45,693 nt of DNA, from positions 1 to 45,693 of the forward strand of contig NW_021824701.1 in NCBI RefSeq assembly GCF_006345805.1, given 5' to 3'. The DNA is from Octopus sinensis. Its lineage: Eukaryota. Below the pieces are notes generated by a model that saw only the letters and a program-made list of their open reading frames with translations, was not told where the DNA came from and searched no databases. This document shows positions 33,803-45,693 of the stretch, piece after piece (position 1 is the stretch's first letter; the number at the start of each line of letters is the position of its first letter). The position numbers were made by a program, and so were the translations under genes.

Positions 33803-35628
33803 TAATATATATAGGATATATATATTCAAATATTAATTAGAAGCGCATTGAGTGTTTTAACTTAACAATATCAAACACACATACACAAAGTAAGTGCTTT
33901 GCTTGTTCGTCGGTCGGCTGCGATTTGACGCGTTAGAAATGACTCTCTCGAAGAATACCTGTCGATATTGTTCACAATAGTCGAGCTATTTCTAATTCAT
34001 ATTTGAATGTATTCCCTCGTATGCATACTAGCAGATGATTCTTACACCATTTTAACATATAGCTATGGACAGGGGTTTTCAATTTGCATCAGGTTCGGTT
34101 AGGGTACATGATGTTGATAAGCCACAAAAATGGTGAAATATCGATGTTCATCGATCCAAGACGGAACTTTGTGTGAGTTGTCTCGCCTGTCCCTGACTGA
34201 CTTCCAGGTGTTTTTAACATCCGGCACTTTGAGAGTCTTCTCCAACGCCTAAAATCGCAGCCGGCCGACGAACTAGCAACGCACTTTCATTGTATATGTG
34301 TGTACGGTATTGTTTATATGTGTGTGTCTGTAATATATATATATATATATATAATATATATATATATTATATATATATGTAAGTGTGCATAACATGTGTT
34401 TGGTGCGGCTGTATAATCTATCAGGAGCTAAACTTCACAAAATCAATAGTGACCTCTCTTTTCCCTGCCAAATTCCGTCCAATATCAGACTCACTGGGTA
34501 ACAGTTTGTGAAGTTTTAACTTCGGCTAAATAATATAACTTTATTTTTAGTATAGAATACATTCCTTCTTGTTTATATATCTCTTTCTCCATTTCTCTCT
34601 CTTTCTTTCTCTTTTTTTCTCCCATCCTGTTATATTTATTGGATAAAAAATCACACAAATAAAAATGAATGTGAATATAAGACAAGTAGGAAACAAACAA
34701 GCAAGAAATATAATACAAGCTGAAAAGGCATACAATTGTGAAATCAACGAACAACAATGAAAGAAGTGTAAAATGAAAATAACCAGACCAATTAAAGAAA
34801 CAAAAGACAATCTAACGTTTCATGTTACACGCTTTATCTAAAAGAAGTAAAAGTAATAAGAGATCAAGAGAAAAAGAAGAAGAAACGGTACCAAAAGTTC
34901 GACGTCTGTTTATATGCAGCCCAAGTGTTGACCTACCATATGCACGGTCGTCGTAAATTCGACGTCATTTATTCTTCTTTTTCTCTTACCGCTCTTATTA
35001 CTTTTCTTTCTCATTGATAAGTATGTAACCCGAAACAATAGATTCCTTTCTGCTTTTTTTATTGGTGTAGTTATTTCAATTGTACAAGTCTTCTATTGCC
35101 TATGTTATTTGCTTGCCCGACTTCATTTATAGTATGTCTTTATGTGTGTCCTAATATATTATTACTATTTTTTTTTCCTATATTTATTTACTGATAAGCT
35201 TATGCATATGCAGAATAAATCGCCACTACTTCGCAAATTGACCATAATAACTACCTAGATTTTTATTATACTATAAGTGGGCAAAGCTGTCTGAGGGAGT
35301 CAAACTATATATATTTCGAAATGCTTTGGCTAAAGTCGTTCAGAAATGCTTTGGTTTGACAGCATACGATAAATGTGGCTTTTGCTCACTTTTACTGTCT
35401 TAGTTAGTCCTTTAAATATATTAAGTTTATGGTATATTTTTATTAATATTTTCACTTATATCTGTATCACTGCTAGTTTAACAAATGAGAAATTATGTGT
35501 CGGATCATTCCAAGTTGACGATACGGAGTAGTGAGGCAGCACCAACATCTAAATAACACAACCAGCATGTGAAATAATATATTCTCTGTGTGCGTGCGTG
35601 CATATACGCGTATATTTATATACGTGTA

Positions 35629-35684
<56 letters not shown>

Positions 35685-35871
35685 ATCCACTGATTTTTGG
35701 AACTGGATGTTCTACGGAGAGCGTGCTCTTGCTTACCTTCAACTTCAGTTTCTAGACATGGGTGGTCCCGAGACTAAGGCTTCTACCACGATTTTTAAGA
35801 AATGTGGTGGAAAACTACCTCAGGAAGTCAGGGACGCTACTCCCTGACACCCCTTTCAGAGCCCCCCTACC

Positions 35872-35878
<7 letters not shown>

Positions 35879-35949
<71 letters not shown>
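35879..35949. repeat. Pure (GT)n tract, about 35 units
   Basis: Direct reading. Many other (GT)n/(CA)n and (TA)n tracts occur throughout the window. Confidence 0.95.
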
Positions 35950-35950
<1 letters not shown>

Positions 35951-36454
35951 AAAATGGGACAAGAACGCAAAACATCCGAACAACTAGGCGATACAAATTG
36001 GGACAACAAAACATCCAGATAGACGATACAAAGAAAACAAGGACGGGTCATTCGAAGTTTTCTGTCTTCAAGCACCAGATTATCCTTGCAATTTCGGCTG
36101 ATTATTCTTGAGATTGCTACACTCTGGCCAGCCACAAGGAAAAACTAAGCTAAGCGCATTAGATTCCTTGGAAGAAAGCAATATATATATATATATAGGT
36201 TGATAGCAATTTCCGTTTTAAATTTTACCGCTTCCGGTATATTCCTTTGGGTTTACCATAACGAAATTACAGCATGGAGCCTAACACATTAAGAGCTATC
36301 ATCACATACAGCCTAGAAAAGGTTTGACAGTGCAAAGCTGAAAACAGAAAGTAATTTGTGACTTGTTATATTCCACAATATACTCTAATGTAAATTCCAA
36401 GATCCGAAATAAATATATCTCAAACGAAACGAGTTTATGAAACTGCATATTTAC

Positions 36455-36582
<128 letters not shown>

Positions 36583-37500
36583 GATAGATAGATAGATAGA
36601 TATAAATATATATACTCTGTGTGTGTGTCTGTCTGTGTGTTCGTGAGGCAGTTATAATTCCAGGTACTTGTTTATAACTTCTTAAACTAGAAATAAGCGT
36701 CTCCACTTCTAGTTTATAAGAAAGAAGAGTTTATAAACTGCCAGTTGAGGTGAGACTGTAAAATGCAGATTTTATATCCTCCACATCTGGTTTGCAAACC
36801 AATTCACCTTATTCTCACACTGCTTAGGTAAGATATCCATGAACGTTACAGCTTCCCATTTTTAATGGCAAACAACTGATGTATTCATCTGAAGTTGACT
36901 TCGGTTGTATTTGAACTTATAACATGAAGATCCAGAATAATATCTGTAAGCATTTTGTCTGGCGCGCTAACGATACTGCCAGCTCGCTTCTTTATACAAC
37001 ATTCTGTATTAATATCGGGCGTTGGCAAAAGAGACTCGAATTTGGGAGAAGAAAGAAGAGTAGGGAGGATGAGTAGAAGAAGAATAAAGGACAATCAGGA
37101 GAAAGCACGGTTTGTTATACCGACCACGGTATATGACTGGTATCATATTTTGTCGACCATGATGAGACACGTGAACGAACGTGATCAAATACCATGGCTG
37201 TTCATAACAGTAACGGTACATGAGCTAGTAGTTTGTGTGTTGCATTCACGATCGCGGCATTGTGGTTTCAATTCCCGGTCTGGGTGATACGCTCTGTAGT
37301 ACACCATATACCTGTTCAAGCAACGTTTGATGGAGGGACTGGACTTAGTGTACAATGCATAATTTTGATCGCTATAAACAGATCCTTTGTACAGCTTGTT
37401 CAGAAAGAAATTGCAGAACCATCTTTTTCGGACCACGAGAAACTACCATATTAATAGTAAGAACAATATACAAACAACTGTGATGATGATGATGATGATG

Positions 37501-37588
<88 letters not shown>

Positions 37589-37589
<1 letters not shown>

Positions 37590-37960
37590 ATAAAGACCTG
37601 CTAATAGAAATTTAAAAAATGTGGCATCTCAAGGCGACTACAGTACCTGTGATTGTAGGATCTCTAGGAATAATTAAAAAAGGTACTGAAACCTATTTGA
37701 AAATGATTCCAGGCTTACCATCCCTACAGAAAGTGTAAAAAATCGTATTAACTGGAACGGCTCATGTACTGAGAAGAGCATTATCGCTGTGAAAACAACA
37801 TCCATCCATGAATTTATTTATTTCTTAATTTTTAAATACATATTTTATCTGTGAATTTGCGTGTGTAATTTGGGAATGCATGCAATGAGCTTCTCTGCCC
37901 TAGGTGTATGGAAAACACTCAGCGAGAAACGGAAGAAAATTTGAAGAAAGAAGGAAAAAC

Positions 37961-38022
<62 letters not shown>
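37589..38022 (+). mobile_element. 5'-truncated R4/Dong-like (restriction-like endonuclease) non-LTR retrotransposon end with (TAA)n tail
   Basis: 37589-37792 encodes YKDLLIEI*KMWHLKATTVPVIVGSLGIIKKG...LQKV*KIVLTGTAHVLRRALSL*, matching the RLE C-terminal motifs KY.DL..E...W....VP.V.GALG and QK..LLGTA.ILR. The 3' UTR ends in (TAA)n, and (ATA)n lies immediately 5'. Confidence 0.8.
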
Positions 38023-38023
<1 letters not shown>

Positions 38024-38027
38024 TCCT

Positions 38028-38140
38028 TACAGAAAGGTCTGGATTTTGGTGGGAGGGGGACAGTCGATTACATCGACCCCAGTACTCTGCTGGTACTTAA
38101 TTTATGGACCTCGAAACGATGAAAAGCAAAGTCGACGCTG

Positions 38141-38145
<5 letters not shown>
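38028..38145 (-). mobile_element. SINE family B fragment
   Basis: gtcgattacatcgaccccagtactc...ggtacttaatttat...aaagcaaagtcgac. Confidence 0.7.
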
Positions 38146-38195
<50 letters not shown>

Positions 38196-38505
38196 TGTTG
38201 TTGTTGTTGTGGGGGGGGGGGCGGAGGTGGTGGTAGGGATGGTGGTGGTATAGTAGAAACGTATAAAAAATAAAATGCAGAAGCGGGCGGATTTATTAGG
38301 TAGGTCTTTGTTGCGATTTTATATGATTGCATAGAAACGATTATTCGATTGTTGTATTTATACGGTCACTGATTCAGAACGGATTCAATGCATCGCCCCG
38401 TTGCATTGTGCAACGCTTCATATAATGATATAGTTGTTTGTGCGTCTGTTTGTGTGTGCATTACGTATATTCATATATATTAATATGCATAAATGTATAT
38501 ATTTA

Positions 38506-38597
<92 letters not shown>

Positions 38598-38789
38598 AAT
38601 CTCTCTCTCTATATATATATATGTGCGTGTGTGTGTATGTACATATATATATATATATATATATATAGATATATACATACACAAACATATATACATATGT
38701 TTAATTGCACACATACACGTATATATCCTTATACACAGACATACACACATATATATGTGTATATATATATGTATATATATATATGCATA

Positions 38790-39221
38790 CGCATATGCAT
38801 ATATGTAGGTATGCGTGTATGTATGTGTGTATGTATGTAGGTATGTATGTATGTATGTATGTATGTGTGTATGTATGTATGTATGTATGCATGTATGTAT
38901 GTGTGTATGTATGTATGTATGTATGTGTGTATGTATGTATGTATGTATGTATGTACGCATGTATGTATGTATGTATGTATGTATGTGTGTATGTATGTAC
39001 GTATGTATGTATGTGTATATGTATGTATGTATGTTTGTATGTATCTATGTATGTATGTATGTATGCATGTATGTATGTATGTATGTATGCATGTATGTAT
39101 GTATGTATGCATGTATGTATGTGTGTATGTATGCATACATGCATGTATGTATGTATGTATGTATGTACGCATGTATGTATGTATGTATGTATGTATGTGT
39201 ATGTATGTACGTATGTATGTG

Positions 39222-39252
<31 letters not shown>

Positions 39253-39447
39253 TTGAATGTATCTATGTATGTATGTATGTATGTATGCATGTATGTATGT
39301 ATGTATGTATGCATGTATGTATGTGTGTATGTATGCAACATGCATGTATGTATGTATGTATGTATGTATGTATGTATGTACGCATGTATGTATGTATGTA
39401 TGTATGTATGTATGTATGTATGTATGTATGTATGTATGTATGTATGA
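38790..39447. repeat. About 650-bp degenerate (ATGT)n satellite
   Basis: Direct reading. Source of the MYVC/HTYI pseudo-ORFs. Confidence 0.95.
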
Positions 39448-39687
39448 ATGTATCAGCTGAATCAATCAGCCGGTTAGTCCGCCAGTCGGACAATCGAACT
39501 TGCAATGAAAAACAAACTCCTGAAAGGCAAGCGACAACAGACAGACAGACAGACAGGACAGAAAGACAGAGTGACAAAGAGACGGACAGAGAGACACAGA
39601 AACAGTCAGACAAATATGTTACAATTATATTTTTCTGTCTGCGTGCACATCTGTATTTAAATATATTGTGTGTGTATATATACATAC

Positions 39688-39745
<58 letters not shown>

Positions 39746-39748
<3 letters not shown>

Positions 39749-40153
39749 GAGTGGCTGTGTGGTAAGTAGCTTGCTTACCAATCACATGGTTCCGAGTTCA
39801 GTCTCATTGCGTGGCACCTTGGGCAAGTGTCTTCTACTATAGCCTCGGGCCGACCAAAGCCTTGTGAGTAGATTTCGTAGAGTCGGAAACTGAAAGAAGC
39901 CCGTCGTATATGTCTGTGTGTGTATGTATGAGTGTGTGAGTGTGTGTGTGTGTCTGTGTTTGTCTCGCCCTCCGCCATCACTTGACAACCGATGCTGGTG
40001 TGTTTACGTCCCCGTCACTTAGCGGTTCGGCAAAAGAGACCGATAGAATAAGTACTGGGCTTACAAAGAATAAGTCCCGGGGTCGATTTGCTCGACTAAA
40101 GGCGGTGCTCCAGCATGGCCGCAGTCAAATGACTGAAACAAGTAAAAGAGTAA
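39746..40153 (+). mobile_element. SINE family A, full length
   Basis: ggagtggctgtgtggtaagtagc ... gactgaaacaagtaaaagagt. Confidence 0.9.
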
Positions 40154-40262
40154 ATGCATATGTGTGTGTGTGTGCGCGCGCTGCTCTTGTGTGTGTATGA
40201 ATATTTCTATGAGTGTAAGACTATAAATTGTACAAATGCATATGTCTGTGTGTGTATGTCTG

Positions 40263-40363
<101 letters not shown>

Positions 40364-40574
40364 GTGTATACATACGCACGCATCTTGTCCTATATATACT
40401 TTTGTGTGTGTCGGTGAGTGTTTCGTGTGGGTGTTATATGTGTGCGTTCGTATGGATGTATATAAATTTTTTGTCATGCAAGATCGAACAAAACACATTA
40501 TTGTTAATATTATTGATTATTATTAGTGTTGTAGCAATTGTTGTAGCTACAGCCCCAGCTATCCACACTTTCTA

Positions 40575-40628
40575 CTTTTCCTATTATTATTATTATCGTT
40601 ATTATATTATTATTATTATTTATTATTA

Positions 40629-40679
<51 letters not shown>

Positions 40680-40727
40680 CACCATCATCATTATCATCAT
40701 CATTATCATCATCATTATTATTATCAC

Positions 40728-40760
<33 letters not shown>

Positions 40761-40925
40761 TATTGTTATTATTATTATTATTATTATTATCATCACCATC
40801 ATCATTATTATTATTATTTTTATTTTTATTATTATTTTTATTTTTATTATTATTATTATTATTATTATCACCATCATCATTATCATCATCATCATCATTA
40901 TTATTATTATTATTATTATTAACAC

Positions 40926-41018
<93 letters not shown>

Positions 41019-41365
41019 CATCATCATCATCATCATCATATCATCATCATCATCATTATTATTAGTATTATTGTTGTTGTTGTTATTATTATTGTCGTTC
41101 TCATTAGAGTTGTTATTCTTGCTGTATTGAAAATTATTATTATTATCATCACCATCATCATTATTATTATTATTTTTATTTTTATATTATTTTTATTTTT
41201 ATATTTATTATTATTATTATTTTATTATCACCATCATCATTATCATCATCATCATCATCATATTATATTATTATTATCACCATCATCATTATCATCATCA
41301 TCATCATATTATTATTATTATTATTATAACACATCTCATCATCATCATCATCATCATCATCATTA

Positions 41366-41415
<50 letters not shown>

Positions 41416-41599
41416 TATTATCATCATCATCATCATCATCATATCATCATCATCATCATTATTATTATTATTATTGTTGTTGTTGTTATTATTATTGTCG
41501 TTCTCATTAGAGTTGTTATTCTTGCTGTATTGAAAATTATTATTATTATCATCACCATCATCATTATTATTATTATTTTTATTTTTATTATTATTTTTA

Positions 41600-41633
<34 letters not shown>

Positions 41634-41806
41634 CACCATCATCATTATCATCATCATCATCATCATTATTATTATTATTATTATCATCATCATCATCATC
41701 ATCATATCATCATCATCATCATTATTATTATTATTATTGTTGTTGTTGTTGTTGTTATTATTATTGTCGTTCTCATTAGAGTTGTTATTCTTGCTGTATT
41801 GAAAAT
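40575..41806. repeat. 1.2-kb (ATT/ATC)n array with higher-order repeat units
   Basis: The unique 44-mer attgtcgttctcattagagttgttattcttgctgtattgaaaat occurs at 41091, 41494 and 41763. Confidence 0.9.
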
Positions 41807-42442
41807 CTGACGAATGGTGGAAATCATTAAAAAAACAACAACAGCAACAACAACAACAACAACAATATCAACAACAACAACGGCTACAGAAATTTAAAGT
41901 CGATATTGAGGCCGTACGTTCAGCTTGGACAATTCGCCATTGAATACCGAAAGCATCTAAAAATACATTGATGAATTACCTTCCATAGTCATAACAGGAT
42001 ACCTTTGTGTAGTTTGGTTATTTGCTTGCAAATTGACTTTTCACTGACTCTGATATTTTTCTGATAATGATTATGCCGAGACTGATGTTAATGCGTAGAA
42101 GGATGGTGCTGACGATATGTTGATGCTCTCCAACACAAAGATATCTTTTTGTTTGTGCATTATTGTGGATTGGCAAAAAATCGCTAAAGCGTCCGATTAA
42201 ATGAGGTTGCTTCTATTTGGTTACATAACTTTTTACGTTCTAAAATCAAATCCTATTTTTGATTGATACGTTTTTATTTTTATTATTCTCTTTTTCTGTT
42301 TTGCTTTCATTATTCTAATGAGGAGAGCGATGTGGGGAAGGTTTTAATGAAGGACAGTAACAGACACGTACTATTGTCGATGAATTACACATTTCTTTCC
42401 TGCCCCTTGTGCGAATTATTGTTATTAACATCATTGCTGTTA

Positions 42443-43330
42443 AGGCGGTGAGCTGGCATTTTGTTTCTCTGTATGTCCCACTCTATGTGAGCGGCGTTCT
42501 ATCTGCCTGTATGTTCTGAGTTCAAATCCCGCCGAGGGCGACCTTGCCTTTCATCCTTTCGGGATTGATAAATTGGGTACCAATGAAACACTGTGGAGGC
42601 GCAATGGCCCAGTGGTTAGGGCAGCGGACTCGCGGTCGGAGGATTGCGGTTTCGATTCCTTGACCGGGTGTTGTGTATTTTTAGTGAGCGAAAACACCTA
42701 AAACTCCACGAGGCTCCGGCAGGGGGTGGTGGCGACTCCTGTTGTACTCTTTCGCCCCAACTTTCTCTCACTCTTGAGTAACGCTGCGATGGACTGGCGT
42801 CCTGTCCAGCTGGGGGGAACACATAACCGGGAAACCGGGCCCATGAGTCTGGCTACGAATGAAACACTGGGTCGATGCGATCTACTAGTCCCCTCCCACA
42901 AAAAAGTTTAAGGCCTTGTGCCTTTAGTAAAAAGGATTATTGCTGCTGTTAAAGCGGTAAGTTAGCATTTTGTCTCTCTGTTCTGAGTTCAAATTCCACT
43001 GAGGTCGACTTTGCCTTCGAGGTCCATAAATAAGTACCAGTTAAACACGGGGGTCAATATAATCGACTTGCCCTCTTCCCCAAAATTGCTGGCCTTGTGC
43101 CAAAATTTGAAACCATTATTATTATTGTTAAGGAGGCAGAATCGTTAACACGCTTAGCGGTATTTCATCTGTTTTTACGTTCTGAGTTCAAATTCCACCG
43201 AGGTCGACTTTGCCTTTCATCGTTTCGGAGTCGATAAATTAAGTACCAGTTGAGTACTGAGGTTGATGTAATCGACTATCCCCCGCCCCCATATTTCAGG
43301 CCATGTGCCTGTAGTTGAAAAGATTGTTAT
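42443..43330 (+). mobile_element. Cluster of three SINE B units, the first interrupted by SINE C
   Basis: Heads near 42443, 42952 and 43128, with tails ggccttgtgcc/ggccatgtgcc. Confidence 0.8.
42594..42857 (+). mobile_element. SINE family C, full length, 12-bp TSD
   Basis: tRNA-like head tggcccagtggttagggcag...ggtttcgattcc and V-like gctgcgatggactggcgtcctgtccag. TSD aatgaaacactg at 42582-42593 and 42858-42869. Confidence 0.9.
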
Positions 43331-43738
43331 TATTGTTACTATTATTGCTGTTGTTATAGATAATCCGTCTCAGGTGAAATGCCTTTGATCATAAGGCTGT
43401 TCCGGTGCTAAGTAACAACATACTAACACTTAAGTAACGAATTCTCTTAAGGAGCATTGTGAACCCTACAACATCATGTGCAAGTAGACACGGTGTAATG
43501 AGTTTGCCTTCTCATCAAAGGCAAACGACGTTTGTACGTACATGTTACATGTAAATACAGCTGCACAAAACAGATGGGAGTTCGAATGGGTTTAGCAGTG
43601 AAAAGCCTCCAGCTTTGTATCACACAATCACACATAGATGTAAAGCTACCCAGACGTGTAGATATGCTGCTATTTGGAGCAGATTTGCTTGCTTTTCTCA
43701 CTGTATTGTTTTGTCAGATAGCTCTTGTCTATACATAC

Positions 43739-43794
<56 letters not shown>

Positions 43795-43823
43795 CAGCAG
43801 ACGTAGCATATAATATATTATAT

Positions 43824-43880
<57 letters not shown>

Positions 43881-43891
43881 CAGCAGACGTA

Positions 43892-43929
<38 letters not shown>

Positions 43930-43930
43930 G

Positions 43931-44091
43931 TAGCAGCAGACGAAATACCTATTTCTTTACTACCCACCAGGGGATAAACATAGAGGGAACAAACAAGGAC
44001 AGACAAAGGATTAAGTCAATTACATTGATCCCAGTGCGCGTAACTGGTACATAATTTATCGACCCCGAAAAGAGATGAAAGGCAAAGATGA

Positions 44092-44092
<1 letters not shown>
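43931..44092 (-). mobile_element. SINE family B 3' fragment (tail ii)
   Basis: tatttctttactacccaccagggga...aacaaggacagacaaaggattaagtc...ggtacataatttatcgaccccgaa. Confidence 0.8.
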
Positions 44093-44137
<45 letters not shown>

Positions 44138-44544
44138 TTATTCTTTTACTTCTTTCAGTCATTTGACTGCGGCCATGCTGGAGCATCGACTGAACCGCTC
44201 ATGGTTGTACCCCAGCATGGCCGAAAGTCATTGACTGACAGAAATAAAATGATAAAGACATACTCAGTCATCTCATCATACAAAATACAAAATTATTGTT
44301 GTTGATGCCTTTGCTGCTGCTGCTGCTGCTACTACTACTACTACTGCTGCTTTTGTATAGCTCCAGGCCAACCTTAGTCTTGTAGACTCATGATCAAATG
44401 TGTTGTCTATTTTTACAGTGCATTCTACCCAGAACATTTTCTAACCTGTCCTTTCCCTTAAGATCATAGAGTGTGATTTGAAGCAATTTTTTGCTACTAT
44501 CTCTAGCAACTAGATACAAATAACTTCATTCTTTTCTACTGAAG

Positions 44545-44740
44545 GCACAAAGCCTTGAAATTTTGGGGGAGGGGACTAGTCGATTACATCGACCCCAGTG
44601 TTTCACTGGCATTTTACTTAATTTATCGACCCCAAAATGATGAAAAGCAAAGTCGATCCCGTCGGAATTTGAACTCAGAACATGAAGAAGGGTGAAATGC
44701 TGTTAAACATTCCGCCCGGTGTGCTAACGATTCTGCCTTA
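44545..44740 (-). mobile_element. SINE family B
   Basis: ggcacaaagccttgaaattttggggg...gtcgattacatcgacccc...gaatttgaactcagaac...ctaacgattctgcc. Confidence 0.8.
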
Positions 44741-45119
44741 TAGGAATAGCTTTATTGACAAGCGTACGTTGATCTGTAAATGTTATTCAAAGGAACCAAC
44801 CATGTCTCATATGTCTCATATTGTGGATTCGTTGATTTTTCTTCCGTGTATTACACTGAGGATAGGAGACAAGTGTCTAGAAAATACTCAGAGGTTTCTA
44901 CTACAATTCAGTAAGGAGATCGAACAATTAAAATACTATCCGTCGAAACCGACGGAGGATGCTTTTAATTTCATTGCAAGTATCTGAACAACACACTCTT
45001 TTGTAAATAATATGAAGAGGAATGATGTAGCGAAACCAAATCTGAAGTGGATATTTGTATTATCTTTCTCATTTTCTCTTCTCTTTCTCTTTTTCTACCT
45101 TCTATCCTCCTCTGTCTCC

Positions 45120-45179
<60 letters not shown>

Positions 45180-45265
45180 GTCTTTTCTTTATCTCCCTCT
45201 GGTTCTCACTTCTCTCTCGAACGCATTATTGCTCTTCTTCTTGTTCTGACCTTCTGCCTAAATTG

Positions 45266-45580
45266 TGAAGGCACGTGGCTTAATGTTTACGGTGTTCGGT
45301 TCACGATCGTAAAGTCGTGAGTTTGATACCCCCGGCGGCGTGTTGTGTCCTTGAGTTAAGCACTTTATTTCACGTTGCTTCAGTCGACTCACCTGGTAGA
45401 AACGAGTACCTGTAATTCAAAGGGCCAAACTTTTTACATTTTGTGTCACGCTACGATAAGAACTAGGATAAGGGTACTCGTGACTATAGAGTGCTTAACC
45501 GCTTGTACGTCCATTTCACTAGTGTGTTGTTCCGTTTATCGGATCAACTGGAACCCTAATCGCCATAGCCGACGGAGTGG
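45266..45580 (+). mobile_element. SINE family D, full length (tRNA-like head plus gtgttgtgtccttgag..cacttt core)
   Basis: Degenerate A-box gtggcttaatg and B-box gagtttgatacc. The core resembles the conserved central domains of animal SINE superfamilies; exact superfamily not verified. Confidence 0.8.
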
Positions 45581-45619
45581 CAGTTTTGGAGAGTATTTTT
45601 TCTGCCTAAATTATTATAA

Positions 45620-45693
45620 AAGTGGTGAGCTGGTAAAATTGTAAGAACGTTCCGGTTCTTTACATTTTGAGTTCAATTACCACAGAGGTTGAC
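45620..45693 (+). mobile_element. SINE family B head, cut by the window end
   Basis: gtggtgagctggtaaaattgt...gagttcaattaccacagaggttgac. Confidence 0.7.

Noticed and set aside
36670-36740. Imperfect hairpin (aaactagaa/ttctagttt with outer gtttataa/ttataaac)
   Set aside because: Short and AT-rich; expected by chance in this composition.
40100-40153. Hammerhead in the SINE A tail (cagtcaaatgactgaaacaagta)
   Set aside because: A hairpin and GAAAC..GTA are present, but there is no CUGANGA upstream. More likely a LINE-type recognition stem-loop.
41091-41806. CRISPR-like repeat/spacer pattern (also 43790-43950)
   Set aside because: The context is eukaryotic, the spacers are microsatellite and related to one another, and there are no cas genes.
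41807-41830. CTGACGA...GGAAA hammerhead-like string
   Set aside because: No helix I, II or III can be formed.

Overview
AT-rich, microsatellite-saturated eukaryotic DNA. The repeat content points to an octopus or other coleoid cephalopod (inference). Nearly all ORFs in the supplied track are microsatellite or SINE artefacts. The one clear host coding feature is a Mohawk-type (MKX/IRX-like TALE class) homeobox exon at about 32005-32336 (+); its other exons are only candidates. The rest is at least four modular tRNA-headed SINE families (called A-D here), decayed mariner and rosa (DD41D) DNA transposons, a hAT-like MITE, an R4/Dong-like LINE end sitting in (TAA)n, and a possible RTE remnant. 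The most striking unannotated signal is six minimal type-I hammerhead-ribozyme-like motifs of Penelope-like type in the first 9.3 kb. Two of them form a near-perfect 66-67 bp inverted duplication, and one appears to be split by a SINE. SINE families A and B share a short module that is repeatedly hit by new insertions. All alignments, folds and counts were done by eye, and repeat boundaries are approximate unless a TSD or TIR is quoted.
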